The notes beneath the pieces were generated by a model that ran no database searches, was not told the origin of the DNA, and worked only from the letters and a program-made list of their open reading frames with translations. Shown one piece after another: positions 36,561-50,128 of a DNA stretch of 64,000 bases. The DNA is taken from contig NW_014577082.1 of NCBI RefSeq assembly GCF_000485595.1, forward strand, positions 61,376-125,375. Reading direction: 5' to 3'. The translations under genes and the position numbers were made by a program. This stretch comes from Priapulus caudatus. Taxonomy: Eukaryota. Position 1 is the stretch's first letter, and the number at the start of each line of letters is the position of its first letter.

Positions 36561-38095
36561 GTGAGTTCCAGCCGTTCGGCATCCTTCTAGCAGAGAGTAC
36601 ACACGTGCTTGACTGCATGCTGGGAATGGCGATGACGCACGCTGTCGATGGCCAAACGCCGCTGCACTGCGCATGATGCAGATAGGCATGCTTTCTTAAT
36701 AACATCGATTTATGTGTAAACAGAGAAGGTGTAGGATATGTAATTTTGTCAGCACATACAGGATGCTCAAGGGATGCAGCCAAGATGAGCAGGCTTCACT
36801 CGATGTTTCTTCTGGATATATATATTGATTTTAGATCTGCCGGCAATATCCGTTCTCGGTACAATTCTCAGCACGATATTAAAGAAGCTGATTGCACTGA
36901 GCAGTCGCTGATAGGATTATAGAGTATGCCGTACATGTAGTACCCCATGCACGAATACACGTGCATCGATACACGTGCACACTCAAACATGTACAGCAAC
37001 GCAATCACGCATGCATAGTGCATACACACTCATATACGCACTCACTCATATCTATATATAATTATATAGGCATGCAAGCACACGCACGCATCATGTACGC
37101 ACGATTGCACTGGCATATTGGAATGTACATTCGCACGTAGGCATGCATGTAAACACACACTGGTATATATAAGCAAGAGCTAATAATACCTAGAGTGTAC
37201 AACGGAAAAACTGGAAAATAGTACTATTTCACGACAACATTATTCTACTTTGCCTTGCATCAAGCAGAATTCTTTGGTTTTATTAGTTTTACATCCTAAC
37301 AACATATAATTCTATGCCTCATTTCAGTGTACATGCATCCTAAGATGCATTATTGTTAGTAAAATATCGAGTTGTTTTTCAAAAACAAATAATTTGTGAA
37401 AATTATATCTGTTTTGCACACAAGAAAAATAACCTAGAATATCATCATTTCGTAGTTTATTTGTGTAACTTATAGGCTATTAATTAGAATGCTAAATAAA
37501 AATTACAGGTTATTATAAATGGTTTGAAGTGCTATTGATCGGGGAAGTAATTACCATTAACTCACACCTGGCTCCGTGAAGAATGATGTGGTTATGTGGC
37601 ACGAAATTCAACACTGACATCAATTTGTAGATAACGTAAGAGTTTTGCATCCGGCTCTATTAACTGTTAAGAGTGATTTATTTTGGATATGTTTTAAAAT
37701 GTCTATTCAGAGATTATTGTATGTGATGAGAACCAAGATTTTGACCCAACTTGATCCTTATCGATGGAAATAACGTCGTTTTATTTACATTTGGCGTTTC
37801 GTCGTCATCCGTTCAGATCTCGGCATCTGACAGCGCTGCTCTGCGTGTACCACCAGATAATTGTATGAGTAGTCGGCGGCCATGTTATGCAGGGATTTAT
37901 ATGATAAATTATTCAGATGTAGATCGCTACGGCTAATTAGGCTCTCAGAGAGCTCAATATTTCACAAAGATGGCCGTGGCGAGGCTGAGAAGCAGCTTCG
38001 GCAGTAGAGCCTCACAATAGAGCCTCACAATGTAAGCTCACAGTGTATTTCGCATCCCTTGCTACGAACTAACAGAACCATTTCTCCTCGCGTAG

Positions 38096-38221
38096 CAATA
38101 TATAAGAGCAGAGCCAACGCGGCGCAAGGATGAAGACTGCGTCTTCTTCGAGATCAAGCAAGGTCACGAGCCGGACACGTTCGTTGGCTACTTCGAGTCA
38201 TGGGACAAGCGCATGTGGGGG
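38096..38221 (+). CDS. GSN: Gelsolin-like exon 22, clean displaced copy
   Basis: cgtag|[42 protein letters not shown]|gtcagt; another indel-bearing copy at 41327-41455. Confidence 0.88.
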
Positions 38222-40559
38222 GTCAGTATCTAATCACGTGGCCGGCTACATTCGATCAAGTGCTCGCCGTAAATTAACTTTCATTGTAGCTTAGATTATT
38301 TGTAATTACGGAGCGTGATATCGTGGAGCTAAGTCTCTATTTCACAGATAACATGATTCGCGTGACGCTAGTGTATCATAGTAGATAGTTAGTCATAGTA
38401 GTAACTAGACTAGCAGCTCTCTGTGGTCGAAAGGTTTGTTCTGTTAACATGCCAGAGACATTCCCGAGCCTGTATCAATAAAGGAAACGTTACGGCTAAC
38501 ATGTCTTTACTTACTTGGATAGCATCCAGGTTATTGCATCACGCACATTTGTGAATCCCAAGATTTTATCGTTTGGACTAGTTTTTCCTTGTTGTGATAG
38601 ATTTAGGCCGCGTGTATGAAACGGCTTGGAACTAGTCTAAGGTATCTCACAACCGTGCGATGGAATGTTATTTTTGGGACTCTTTGCTGGGAGCTTTAAT
38701 AAACCAAAGCTCCCAACCAGAATTCATGCGTAGGTAGTCGATGTCAATGTTTGATGTCGCGACACATCAGCTTTAAGAATACACACAGTAATTCGATTCA
38801 GTGTGCTATTGTGTTATGCCAGGTGGAATTATATAGTGACTGGGTATTAAAGCGGGTTTCTACAATGGTCTATGAGATAAAATGGTAAATATTACGCGAG
38901 AAATTGCAGTCAAATTGTAGAATATCGGGTTTCCTAACAGGTTTGTGTTTTACAGGACAAGGAATAAGTTGGACATCTCAGGAATAAGACCTCATTTTGT
39001 AACGTCGTCTTTGAGTAGTTTCTACACTCAAGACGAAAACTTTACAAGTTATTTATGAAGATGTAACGCGAGGAAGAGTATGAATGAGCCGATAAATCGC
39101 ATTTATCAAAGTGCGTGCAGTTTGCGCTATACGCTATTCGCATAGCTTAGACAAACCACTATAGTCACAAGCTACAAACCGTGAGGTTTTCGTTTACGCG
39201 TAGTGAAAAGCATGATTAAATGTGCGACGGTAGCAACGTTGATAGATAGTTTAATAAAGTTGATACAAATTAGCTAGTTAACCTTTTCGATTTTACGCGA
39301 AGCCCTTTGTCACGTTTGCACTTCTGTCTTTTTAAAACGCATTAGCAGCTGAATATGAGTAGAAACACAAATTCCCTATTGAATTTCGAATGAAATTCTT
39401 CTTAGTTTGTAATTCTATCGCGCTTCATTTTATATTATGTTGATGACAGGTGCTTGAATTAACGAGCCCGTGTGCACTGCCTATAACTGACGATATATTT
39501 ATGCCTCGATCATCTACATATTATACCTATCCAGGTGATTTGGTAATAATAACTTAGCCTTAGTAGTATTGAAATTTGGCTTCCGCATCCTTACCATCAC
39601 CAGGTTTCAATCTCATACTAGCTCCTCATCATTCTATCTCTCACTCGCTGATTTTTTACTTCTCGCGCGGGTCTCTCCCCGGTTACATTTCTTCTTCCTC
39701 TTCTTCTCTGTGTGTGTGTCGCTTTTTGTGACTATAATTTTCGATCAATAGTGCTACTTGCACGTTGTGGTCGTCATAATTTTTATTTTAGTCGTTATAC
39801 ACAACATGTAGCGCCTTATACATTGGGATTAATATTAGGTAAGTTCTTTATGTACGTTTTGCTACACGTGCCGTTGATAGTTTAGCATGGAGATGCGTGT
39901 GGGCACAATTAGCACCAACGTACGCGAGCAAGAGATTTTTTTGGGTTTATGCTGAAATGGTAAAGGTAAAGTAAGGGTAAAGTAAGGAGTATGGTTAAAG
40001 GTAAAGGTAAAGTAAGGGTAAAGATAAAGTAAGGGTAAAGTAAGGAGTAAGGGTAAAGGTAAAGTACGGGTAAAGTAAGGAGTAAGGGTAAAGGTAAAGT
40101 AAGTGTAAAGTAAGGAGTAAAGGTAAAGGTAAAGTAAGGAGTAAGACCGATGCCAAGACGTGAGCGTGGGTGTGATATTGAGGGCAGGCAACGTGTGGCG
40201 TCAGAGGTGCAACCTCTACGAGGCGAGTAGTTCCTTGACACTGTACGTATGGCCCCGGGCGAATCTCTATCTGCTTCTAATTGTGGCGTCCAGCTCCTGC
40301 CAGATTCCGCTGATGACGTTCAATATTCGGTCGCTAATTGTTGGAGGTCTTGGAAGAACGATACTGATTCGAATTGTGGTCTTACTTATCGATATAATAA
40401 TTGCCTTCTAGGTGTGTGCGTGACTTCTATTGCATCGTTTATAGATACATGTAGTATGCATGTTGTCTGTAAATGGCTAACATTAGTGACCATGCTCGTC
40501 CTCTATAATGTTCGAGAAAATTTTACTTTCCTTACTCAAACCACGATTTCTTTTCGCAG

Positions 40560-40607
40560 GATCTTGATGGTGATGACGTCATGATTCTGGACAGTGGAGC
40601 AGACGAG
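40560..40607 (+). CDS. GSN: Gelsolin-like exon 20, clean displaced copy
   Basis: ttttcgcag|DLDGDDVMILDSGADE|gtaatg. Confidence 0.88.
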
Positions 40608-40795
40608 GTAATGTTGATGTTACATCGACTCGTCTCCCTCTGTCATTGTAAAATGCGTGCGCTGCGATTTCTTCTTACAGCCCATTTCACCATCCCTATG
40701 GCTTAACGACTTATAATTATAAATCGTTATAGTTTGTTATATTAACTATTATGTTTGCTCATTCTTTATTTAATCTCTCGACACCTTGGTCGCAG

Positions 40796-40861
40796 ATCTA
40801 CATATGGGTTGGCAAGGGATCCACCAACGAGGAACGAAAGAAGGGATATGATCTGGGTGTG
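40796..40861 (+). CDS. GSN: Gelsolin-like exon 21, clean displaced copy
   Basis: tcgcag|IYIWVGKGSTNEERKKGYDLGV|gtaggt. Confidence 0.88.
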
Positions 40862-41157
40862 GTAGGTATCACTGTTACATTGTTTATCTTATGTAAGCGG
40901 TGACCAATATCCACCTGAATAAAGAAGGCGTGGTATGAACATCCAATTAAAGCCATTACCTGCGTTGTGGTCACTAGAACATTACTACAGACCTTTGTGT
41001 CGGGATGACGGGACAAGACATGTCGTCACGAATTCACACCGTTCCAAACTATATAATGCAGCTATTTATTACCCAGTTTTCACGTTTGAAGTGTGCGACA
41101 ATGGGACAACTAAAGCAAATGAATCATATATGTCGTAATATATATATAAATATATAA

Positions 41158-41196
<39 letters not shown>

Positions 41197-41220
41197 ATAT
41201 ATATATATATACATATATAT

Positions 41221-41260
<40 letters not shown>

Positions 41261-44200
41261 CCTGTCGTCGTACAGCAGTTCGCATCCCTTGCCTACGAAC
41301 TAACAGAAACCATTTCTCTCGCCTAGCAAATATATAGACGCAGAGCCAACGCGCGCGCCAAGGAATGAAGACTGCGTCTTCTTCGAGACAAGCAAGGTCA
41401 CGAGCCGACACGTTCGTGGCTACTTCGAGTCATGGGACAAGCGCATGTGGGGCCGGTCAGTACTAATCACGCTGGCCGGCACATCGATCAAGTGCTCGCC
41501 GTAAATTAACTTTCATTGTAGCTTAGATTATTTGTAATTACGGAGCGCTGATATCGTGGAGCTAAGTCTCTATTTCACAGATAACATGATTCGCGGTGAC
41601 GCTAGTGTATCATAGTAGATAGTTAGTCATAGTAAGTAACTAGACTAGCAGCTCTCTGTGTCGAAAGGTTTGTTCTGTTAACATGCCAGAGACATTCCCG
41701 AGCCTGTATCAATAAAGGAAACGTTACGGCTAACATGTTCTTTACTTACTTGGATAGCATCCAGGTTATTGCAATCACGCACATTTGTGAATCCAAAATT
41801 TTATCGCTTTGGACTAGTTTTTCCTTGTTTTGACTAGATTTAGCCGCGTGTATGAAAACGGCTTGGAAACTAGTCCTAAGCGGTATCTCACAACGTGCGA
41901 TGGAATGTTATTTTTGGGACTCTTTGCTGGGAGCTTAATAAACCAAAGCTCCCAACCAGAATTCAGCGTATGGTAGTCGATGTAATGTTTGATGTCGCGA
42001 CACATCAGCTTTAAGAATACACACAGTAATTCGATTCAGCTGTGCTATTGTGTTATGCCAGGTGGAATTATATAGTGACTGGGTATTAAAGCGGGTTCTA
42101 CAATGGTCTATGAGATAAAATGGTAAATATTACGCGAGAAATGCAGTCAAATTGTAGAATATCGGGTTTCCTAACAGTGTGTTTTACAGGACAACGAATA
42201 AGTTGGACATCTCAGAATAAGACCTCATTTGTAACGTCGTCTTTGAGTAGTTTCTACACTCAAGACGAAAACTTTACAGTTATTTATGAAGATGTAACGC
42301 GAGGAAGAGTATGAATGAGCGCGATAAATCGCATTATCAATAGTGCGTGCCATTTGCGCCTATACGCTATTCGCATAGCTTAGACAAACCACTAGTCACA
42401 ACCTACAAACCGTGAGGTTTTCGTTTACGCGTAGTGAAAAGCATGATTAAATGTGCGACGGTAGCAACGTTGAATAGATAGTTTAATAAAGTTATAACAA
42501 ATTAGCTAGTGAACCTTTCGATTTTACGCGAAGCCCTTTGTCACGTTGCCACTTCTGTCTTTTTAAAACGCATTAGCAGCTGAATATGATAGAAACACAA
42601 ATTCCCTATTGAATTTCGAATGAAATTCTCTTAGTTTTAATTCTACGCGCTTCATTTTATATTATGCTGATGACAGTGCTTGAATTAACGAGCCCGTGTG
42701 GCACTGCCTATAACTGACTATATATTATTCCTCGATCATGCTACATGATTCATATAATCCGTATCCAGCATCACGCATCTCCATGCTTAATCTATCGACG
42801 TGGCACATAAGTAATGTAGACTTAAACGGCACATAAAGTATACTTATTCACATAGATTAAGTCCGCAAACGTTCATCTATCCATTATGGACGGCACCTCA
42901 ATGTTGTGTTACAACAGATCCCAAAAGACAAAATAAGTATGACTCATCACAGCGTCCTGCACTCGTCAACTCGCTAGCATATTTGACATCTCAATACCTC
43001 AGAGTCTACCCAAATGCGACATTCATTACTGACACTCTATCTTGCATCTGGAAGAAGCAGCTAAGAAGAAAGTAACGGGAAGACCCGCGCGTGTGTCGAG
43101 CCATATTAAATGTAAATACATATAATTGTCGCAGTGATGAGAGAACAATAAGCTACTGCCTGTTTATGGCAAGATGCGTCATAATATGAGAAATTTAGCT
43201 CGTTATCATACACAAATAATCGCAGATGGATGCGCAACACCCCTGGTGAATACTATGATTAAGGGGTAATAATCGATTAGAAGAGCCACAAGCATATCAT
43301 AAAAAATTCATCGATACAACTAGCTATTAAGGCTAAGTTTTCATTAACACTCACGCCGCGTGTGTTTATTGAATAGGTTATTTTAACAAGTGACTGTTTA
43401 AGGATGTAATCTACTGGCAGTGTGCACAAGTTGAGCACCTAACGTTGTACGCAGCAAGAGATTTTGTTTGGGTGTAGCGAAACTAGAAATGAAAACAGAA
43501 AAAGAAAATAAAAAGAAATGGTACGTAAACGAGTGTTAGGCGTTGGTGTGAGCGTAAGTGCGTTGAGGCAGGCCGAGCCAGACCCCCCCAAATTGACGGC
43601 CTAACCAAGACACAGAGTGAAGGCTCATTGGGAGGGAGCAAGATAGAGAGCCCTTAGAGAGAAAAATGGAGTAGCAGGGGAAACGCTTCGGCCCAGCGCT
43701 GGGTGAGCACGCAAATAGGAGAGGACCCGGCGTTTCGCGTTTGGCCAAAATAGGGAGGAGGGGAAAAGGGAAAGAAATATGTTGGGAAGACACAGACTGC
43801 AAGTTTAAGTTGCCGACGTGAGCAACTAATATTTTAGGAAGAGCAACTGAGAAAACAGTGGTGGGGGATGTGTGGCAAAGGGGATCATGAAGGACCAAAA
43901 ATATGGGAACGTGAGGGAAAAAGGTGCAGAAAGCGCGTGACGGCAAAAGGGCACAGGCACGTGGCTGCAATAAGTTGCACAAAGTTGAAAACGCCCAGAG
44001 AACAGAGGACCATCAAAAACGTTCACAAGGACCCACGCAGGAAGAAGCAGACTTTGGAAGAGGGGGGGGGTGCACAGATTTCGGGCAAAGGGCAACCCAT
44101 AACCCCCAATGGTGGAGAGGGGGAACAAAACGTAGAGGTGAAACGAGGAGGGGAGCGAGAGGGGGAGAGCGAGGATCCCAGCGGAGGGAGGTAACAGCAG

Positions 44201-44324
44201 GGACCAGTAGAGTGCACAAGACATGGAAAAGGGCCCGACTACGAGGGGGAGCAGAAAGGAGAGGGTAGCAGGAAAGAGCGCCCGATTAAAGAGCCGGGAN
44301 NNNNNNNNNNNNNNNNNNNNNNNN

Positions 44325-47300
44325 GGAGCGTTCGGCGGTTAGTTTTTATGAAGGAAAGTTGATGTACAGTGACACAACAGTGGAACTGTTGAATGGAGAG
44401 TACGGTAGTAGGGCCTATTTGCTGATGTGCGTTCATATTATTTTCAGTTTTTACTGGACTCTGTCCCAAGTGCCTGGTGCCTAGGTCACTGCTTTCAAAT
44501 GCATGTCATTAAAAACATTGAGCTAGAAAAAAACAGAAAACAATCCCTTGCTTATATAATTAGGTGTATGAAAAAAAGGGAGACAAACTGCCCACTTGCA
44601 CGGACACTGACTTTACTCTTATTGATGCATTGCTGGGACATTACTATGTACATCATTGTAATATAGTACATGGTAGATGGATCATGATGTAGACCCTCCT
44701 TTTGCAATTTTTTGTATGGTGTACCTACAATACTATTTTGGACTTAAAACTCTAAGGAAACGTCTTGAACTTGAACTTGAAATTAGAACAGGTGCAATTT
44801 AGAGTGGAGTGGATTGGTGAGGCCCGCAACAACCACAGAAATCTTTATCGAACTGTTAAATATATTTAGAAATAGTGTTTCTATCATAAAACCTTATAAT
44901 ACCTGCGTCAACTGTTGTAGGTTCTCAGTTTGTATGTATTTTTTACAGTGTAACCCACTGGGCCCTATAATGGGAGGAAACTTTACCATGATTGAGCAAA
45001 CATAAAAATCTTAATGATATATCAGAAATCCACACAGAAGCTTAGGAATGTCAGTAATAAGGGTTAGCTGAGCCCCCTGCTAGCATCCTTACGTGCATAT
45101 GTATGTGTGTGCTTGTGTGGGGGTGTGTATATCATTCTTATGCTGCTTACTGGCCTAATATCCTAAGCCCAAAGAAATACACGAAATGTATGCTCAGGTG
45201 TACTTTATGCATATATGATGGTAAAACGTTGGTGTATAAACAGATTACCATATATATACTGTCACTTTATAAGTCAACCATGTGTACAAGATGTCCTAAA
45301 ATGTTAGCTTAGAATTTGGGTTTAGGCCTACTATGTATACTCGCTGTATAGTTTATCCCATTTACCACAGGACAAAACAAGTAGACCATCTTATCTAGCA
45401 CTCGCTGCTGGCATCTCTTACCATAACTAAACTGAAACTCTTGCTTGATAACTTATCTAACATCATCTATAATATAAAATAGTGAAATGCAAAATTATTA
45501 AATAAACACCTACTACACCGCACACCATTTCCTTCACCTGGAATGCAGAATCAATTATCTTATCGTAATGTAGACATTAATACCAGAATATTGTTAATGT
45601 TTTTGAAAAGGCATCGCGTAAATGCTGACTAAAATTATTAACATTAATCTTGGCTGTGTTAGTAACAGTTACCCTTCTGTAAAAATAACATCAGTGGGTT
45701 AAACTTGTTTGCAAATGCAGGAAATTAAGTTGCATGCCTTATACGTGAGTAGCTGAGACCTATACATAACTATAATATGGCACACTGGAAATCCGATACT
45801 ACGCCACAGTCCGTTCTTAGAGGTTGACACTTTATACGTGTTGTGTAAGACAATAACTGGTTTTGAAAAATAACAATTAAGCTTTTGAAAGCCGATTTTC
45901 AAGGCTTTCTCGACTTTCTGGCATGAAGTGGTAAATAGTTGCATATATTTCACTATCGATTTATATAGTTAGCTGACTGATACATAAAGTTTTAGTACAC
46001 CATCACTGTAACTTGATTCGTAACCTAAATCGAAATCCGACGTCAAAGCTGTTAAATCCCATTTGTATCTTATTCGAATGATGCAGAAGTACGAGTAACT
46101 AACAGGCAATCCTGTCGTTGTGACAATCTGAATGAAAATCCTATTTAATGGCTCCTGGTAGCATCCTTTTCATCAGCACTGCTGCCCCACTGATCTATTA
46201 AGCACCGTAATCGTAATACGCAAACGTTTCACTATAATATCATTAGACTGTGCTCCGCTCATATTCATGGCTGCTATCTTATGAATCCTTGTATTTTACT
46301 GTATGTCATAGAGCACACCAAAAAACGTTTCCAGGAGCTAAACAATTTCTTGCATGTGTGGCATGTGGATGTACTCTCGTTTAGATATCTATTGTGAAAT
46401 ATAATGAGCTGATCTGCCAGCAAGAAAATGGGTACTCATCATTATCAGAATAGTAATTAAAGTTGGAGCTCAAATGCTAGTTAAGAAATGTAATTAGAAA
46501 ATTTAAATGTAAATTTATTATTTTTAAGAATTGGCAAGGATTTTTAGCCATCAAAATTTAGATTGTCAGGCAGAAAATAGATCCTACAAATCCTACATTG
46601 ATGTTTCTTCTGCAGGCTCTTCCATGCCTTTAATAAGTATAGCTAATGATCTGTGACATTGCATAAATCTTCAGACATGCCTTAAAATTGCCTTTGGCTC
46701 CTGCTTGTGTTTACTTTTGATAATCCTAGCACAGTCATAGTGGGGTTTCACAGCTTGATGTATACGTCTCCAATGTCTGATCGATGTTACCTGTTATTTG
46801 TGTTGCTTATGACATGTGTAATTTCACTACAATTGGTACACTCTGAAAAAAATCCTCTGATAATCCTGGGAAAACTCTGTTATGATAATGAATAGACTAA
46901 AACCAAGTAGATTTCAATTTCTATTGAAATAATATTGGCTCATTATCATTCAAGTGGACTGATTATATCAGGAGTTAATATGACAAATTATTTGTCATTA
47001 TTAACTCCTGATTATATGGGGGTTGAACAGGTGGCCGCCGGCAAAATGGCTGCTAATTTCGCGCACTGCTATATACTTATGACACAATACGTATCACCAT
47101 ATACAATTTTGCGTAAAATCAATTGATGCGTCATGCGTATTCTCTGCCCATCAATGCCTATAATTTTCTGCTGTATGCAGGCAGATATATGAGTTTGCTA
47201 GTTTTGCTGCTAATAATTGCTGATTATACGGTGAATTCCGAGACCATTACTATTTTCAAAAGATGTTCAATGTGTTCTTAGCGAATGAAGTTTCTTTAAA

Positions 47301-49208
47301 AAAAATCGCGTCGAAAAATGCTGCATTTAGCGAATCGGCTTTAACGGTTGTAATGCGGTTATTATAATTACCCGAGTCTCCAATTTGGATTCTAAATTTA
47401 TAATTTTCGAAATTTGATGATTGTTGTCGAGCTAGATGTGTGTCGTATCGCACATTCACAAGCTGTTACATGGTTGTACAGTCGTTGAGCCCGGCCAAAT
47501 TGACGTTCGTGCGTGCATGCAGTCTTCATCTCGCGTGTGCACTCAGGAGCTCGCGATGAGCTTCATGTCTATATTAATCACTGGTCACATTATTTTCTGC
47601 GTGCAGGAAGGCAGCCCTACAACTGGCCAGCGTGGGCGATTTCTCCAGCCTGAGGAATGCGATCAAAGAAGCGATTCTCTCCTTGCTTCCCGATGCGGTG
47701 AGTTCCAGCCGTTCGGCATCCTTCTAGCAGAGAGTACACACGTGCTTGACTGCATGCTGGAATGGCGATGACGCACGCTGTCGATGCCAAATGCCGCTGC
47801 ACTGCGCATGATGCAGATAGGCATGCTTTCTTAATAACATCGATTTATGTGTAAACAGAGAAGGTGTAGGATATGTAATTTTGTCAGCACATACAGATGC
47901 CTCAAGGGATGCAGCCAAGATGAGCAGGCTTCACTCGATGTTTCTTCTGGATATATAATATGGATTTTAGATCTCCGGCAATATCCGTTCTCGGTACAAT
48001 CTCCAGCACGATATTAAAGAAGCTGATTGCACTGAGCAGTCGCTGATGGATTATATAGAGTATGCCGTACATGTAGTACCCCCGCACGAATACACGTGCA
48101 TCGATACACCGTGCACACTCACACATGTACACGCAATGCAAGCACGCATGCATAGTGCATACACGCTCTATACGCACTCACTCATATCTATATATAATTA
48201 TATAGGCATGCAAGCACACGCACGCATCATGTACGCACGATTGCACTGGCATATTGGAATGTACATTCGTACGCACGCACGTGCGCACGTAGGCATGCAT
48301 GTAAACACACACTGGTATATATAAGCAAGAGCTAATAATACTAGAGTGGACAACGCGAAAAACTGGAAAATAGTACTATTTCACGACCAACATTATTCTA
48401 CTTTGGCCTTGCCATTAAGCAGAATTCTTTTGGTTTTATTAGTTTTACATCCTAACAACAATATAATTCTATGCCTCATTTTCAGTGTACATGCATCCTA
48501 AGATGCATTATTTGTTAGTAAAAGATCAAGTTGTTTTTCAAAAACAAATAATTTGTGAAAATTATATCTGTTTTACACACAATAAAAATAACCTAGAATA
48601 TCACCATTTCGTAGTTTATTTGTGTAACTTATAGGCTATTTAATTAGAATGCTAAATAAAAATTACAGGTTATTATAAATGGCTTGAAGTGCTATTGATC
48701 GGCGAATGTAATACCATTAACTCACACCTGGCTCCATGAAGAATGATGTGGTTTATGTGGCACGAAATTCAACACTGACATCAATTTGTAGAGAACGTAA
48801 GAGTTTTGGCATCCGCTCTATTAACTGTTAAAGTGATTTATTTTGGATATGTTTTAAAATGTCTCTATTCAGAGATTATTGTATGTGATGAGAACCAAGA
48901 TTTTGACCCCAACTTGATCCTTATCGATGAAATAACTGCGTTTTATTTACATTTGGCGTTTCGTCGTCATCCGTTCAGATTCTCGGCATCTGACAGCGCT
49001 GCTCTGCGTGTACCACCCAGATAATTGTATGAGTAGTCGGCGCCATGTATGGCAGGGATTTATATGATAAATTATTCAGATGAGATCGCTACGGCTAATT
49101 AGGCTCGCAGACAGCTCAATATTTCACAAAGATGGCCGTGGCGAGGCTGAGAAGCAGCTTCGGCAGTAGAGCCTCACAATAGAGCCTCACAATGTAAGCT
49201 CACAGTGT
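44325..49208 (+). repeat. ~4.9-kb direct duplicate of 33210-38046
   Basis: Collinear along its length, differing mostly by 1-bp indels; starts immediately after a 25-N gap. Confidence 0.92.
47607..47697 (+). CDS. PDE2A: PDE2A-like exon 2, duplicate copy with a 1-bp insertion
   Basis: Same sequence as 36471-36560 with an extra G (gaaggcagccc). Confidence 0.6.
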
Positions 49209-50128
49209 AAGCTCACATTAGGGCCTCACAGTCACAGTAGGGCATCAAGCTGTAAGCTCACAGTAGGGCATCACAGTGTAAGCTCACAGTAGAGCCTCAC
49301 AGTAGAGTCTCACAGTGTAAGCTCACAGTAGAGCCTCACAGTGTAAGCTCCACAATAGAGCCCTCACAGTGTAACCTCACAGTAGAGCCCTCACAGTGTA
49401 AGCCACCAGTAGAGCCTCACAGTGTAAAGCTCACAGTAGAGTCTTACAGTAGAGCCTCAGAAGCTTGTATGCCTCACAGTGTAAGCTCACAGTAGAGCTC
49501 ACAGTATAAGCTCACATAGAGCCCTCACAGTGTAACCGTCACAGTAGAGCCTCACAGTGTTAAGCTCACAGTAGAGCTCACAGGGTAAGCTCACAGTTAG
49601 AGCTACAGCTGTAAGCTCACGTAGAGCTCCACAGTGTAAGGCTACAGTAGAGCTCCACAGTATAAGGCTCACAGTAGAGCCTCACAGTGTAAGCTCACAG
49701 TAGAACCTCACAGTTTAAGCTCACAGTAGAGCTCCACAGTGTAAGCTCACAGTAGAGCCTCACAGTGTAAGCTCACAGTAGAGCCTCACAGTAGAGCCTC
49801 ACAGTGTAAGCTCACAGTAGAGCCTCACAGTGTAAGCTCACAGTAGAGCCTCACAGTGTAAGCTCACAGTAGAGCCTCACAGCGTAAGCTCACAGTAGAG
49901 CCTCACAGTGTAAGCTCACAGTAGAGCCTTACAGTGTAAGCTCACAGTAGAGCCTCACAATGTAAGCTCACAGTAGAGCCTTACATGTAAGCTCACAGTA
50001 AGCCTACAGTGTAAGCTCATCAAGTAGAGCCTCACAGTGTAAGCTCACAGTAGAGCCTCACAGTGTAAGCTCACAGTAGAGCCTCACAGTGGAACCTCAC
50101 AGTAGAGCCTCACAGTAGACCTTCACAG
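49164..50128. repeat. 26-bp satellite (CAGTAGAGCCTCA CAGTGTAAGCTCA)n
   Basis: About 37 units of two related 13-mers; its start also appears at ~38003-38046. Confidence 0.93.

Larger units (their letters stand above)
38047..43480 (+). repeat. Redundant, rearranged copies of the gelsolin 3' region
   Basis: 38047-39955 matches ~22165-24340; 39957-41135 matches ~20750-22020; 41260-43480 is a third, noisier copy of the exon-22 block. Confidence 0.88.

Noticed and set aside
36762..36922. Candidate exon after PDE2A exon 2, including an amphipathic LPAISVLGTILSTILKKLIAL reading
   Set aside because: Frames differ between the two copies, phase 0 from the acceptor hits an early stop, and there is no similarity to the next PDE2A segment as I recall it
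43500..44299. Several 64-148 aa ORFs in purine-rich sequence
   Set aside because: Looks like a low-quality read end before the 25-N gap; no motifs
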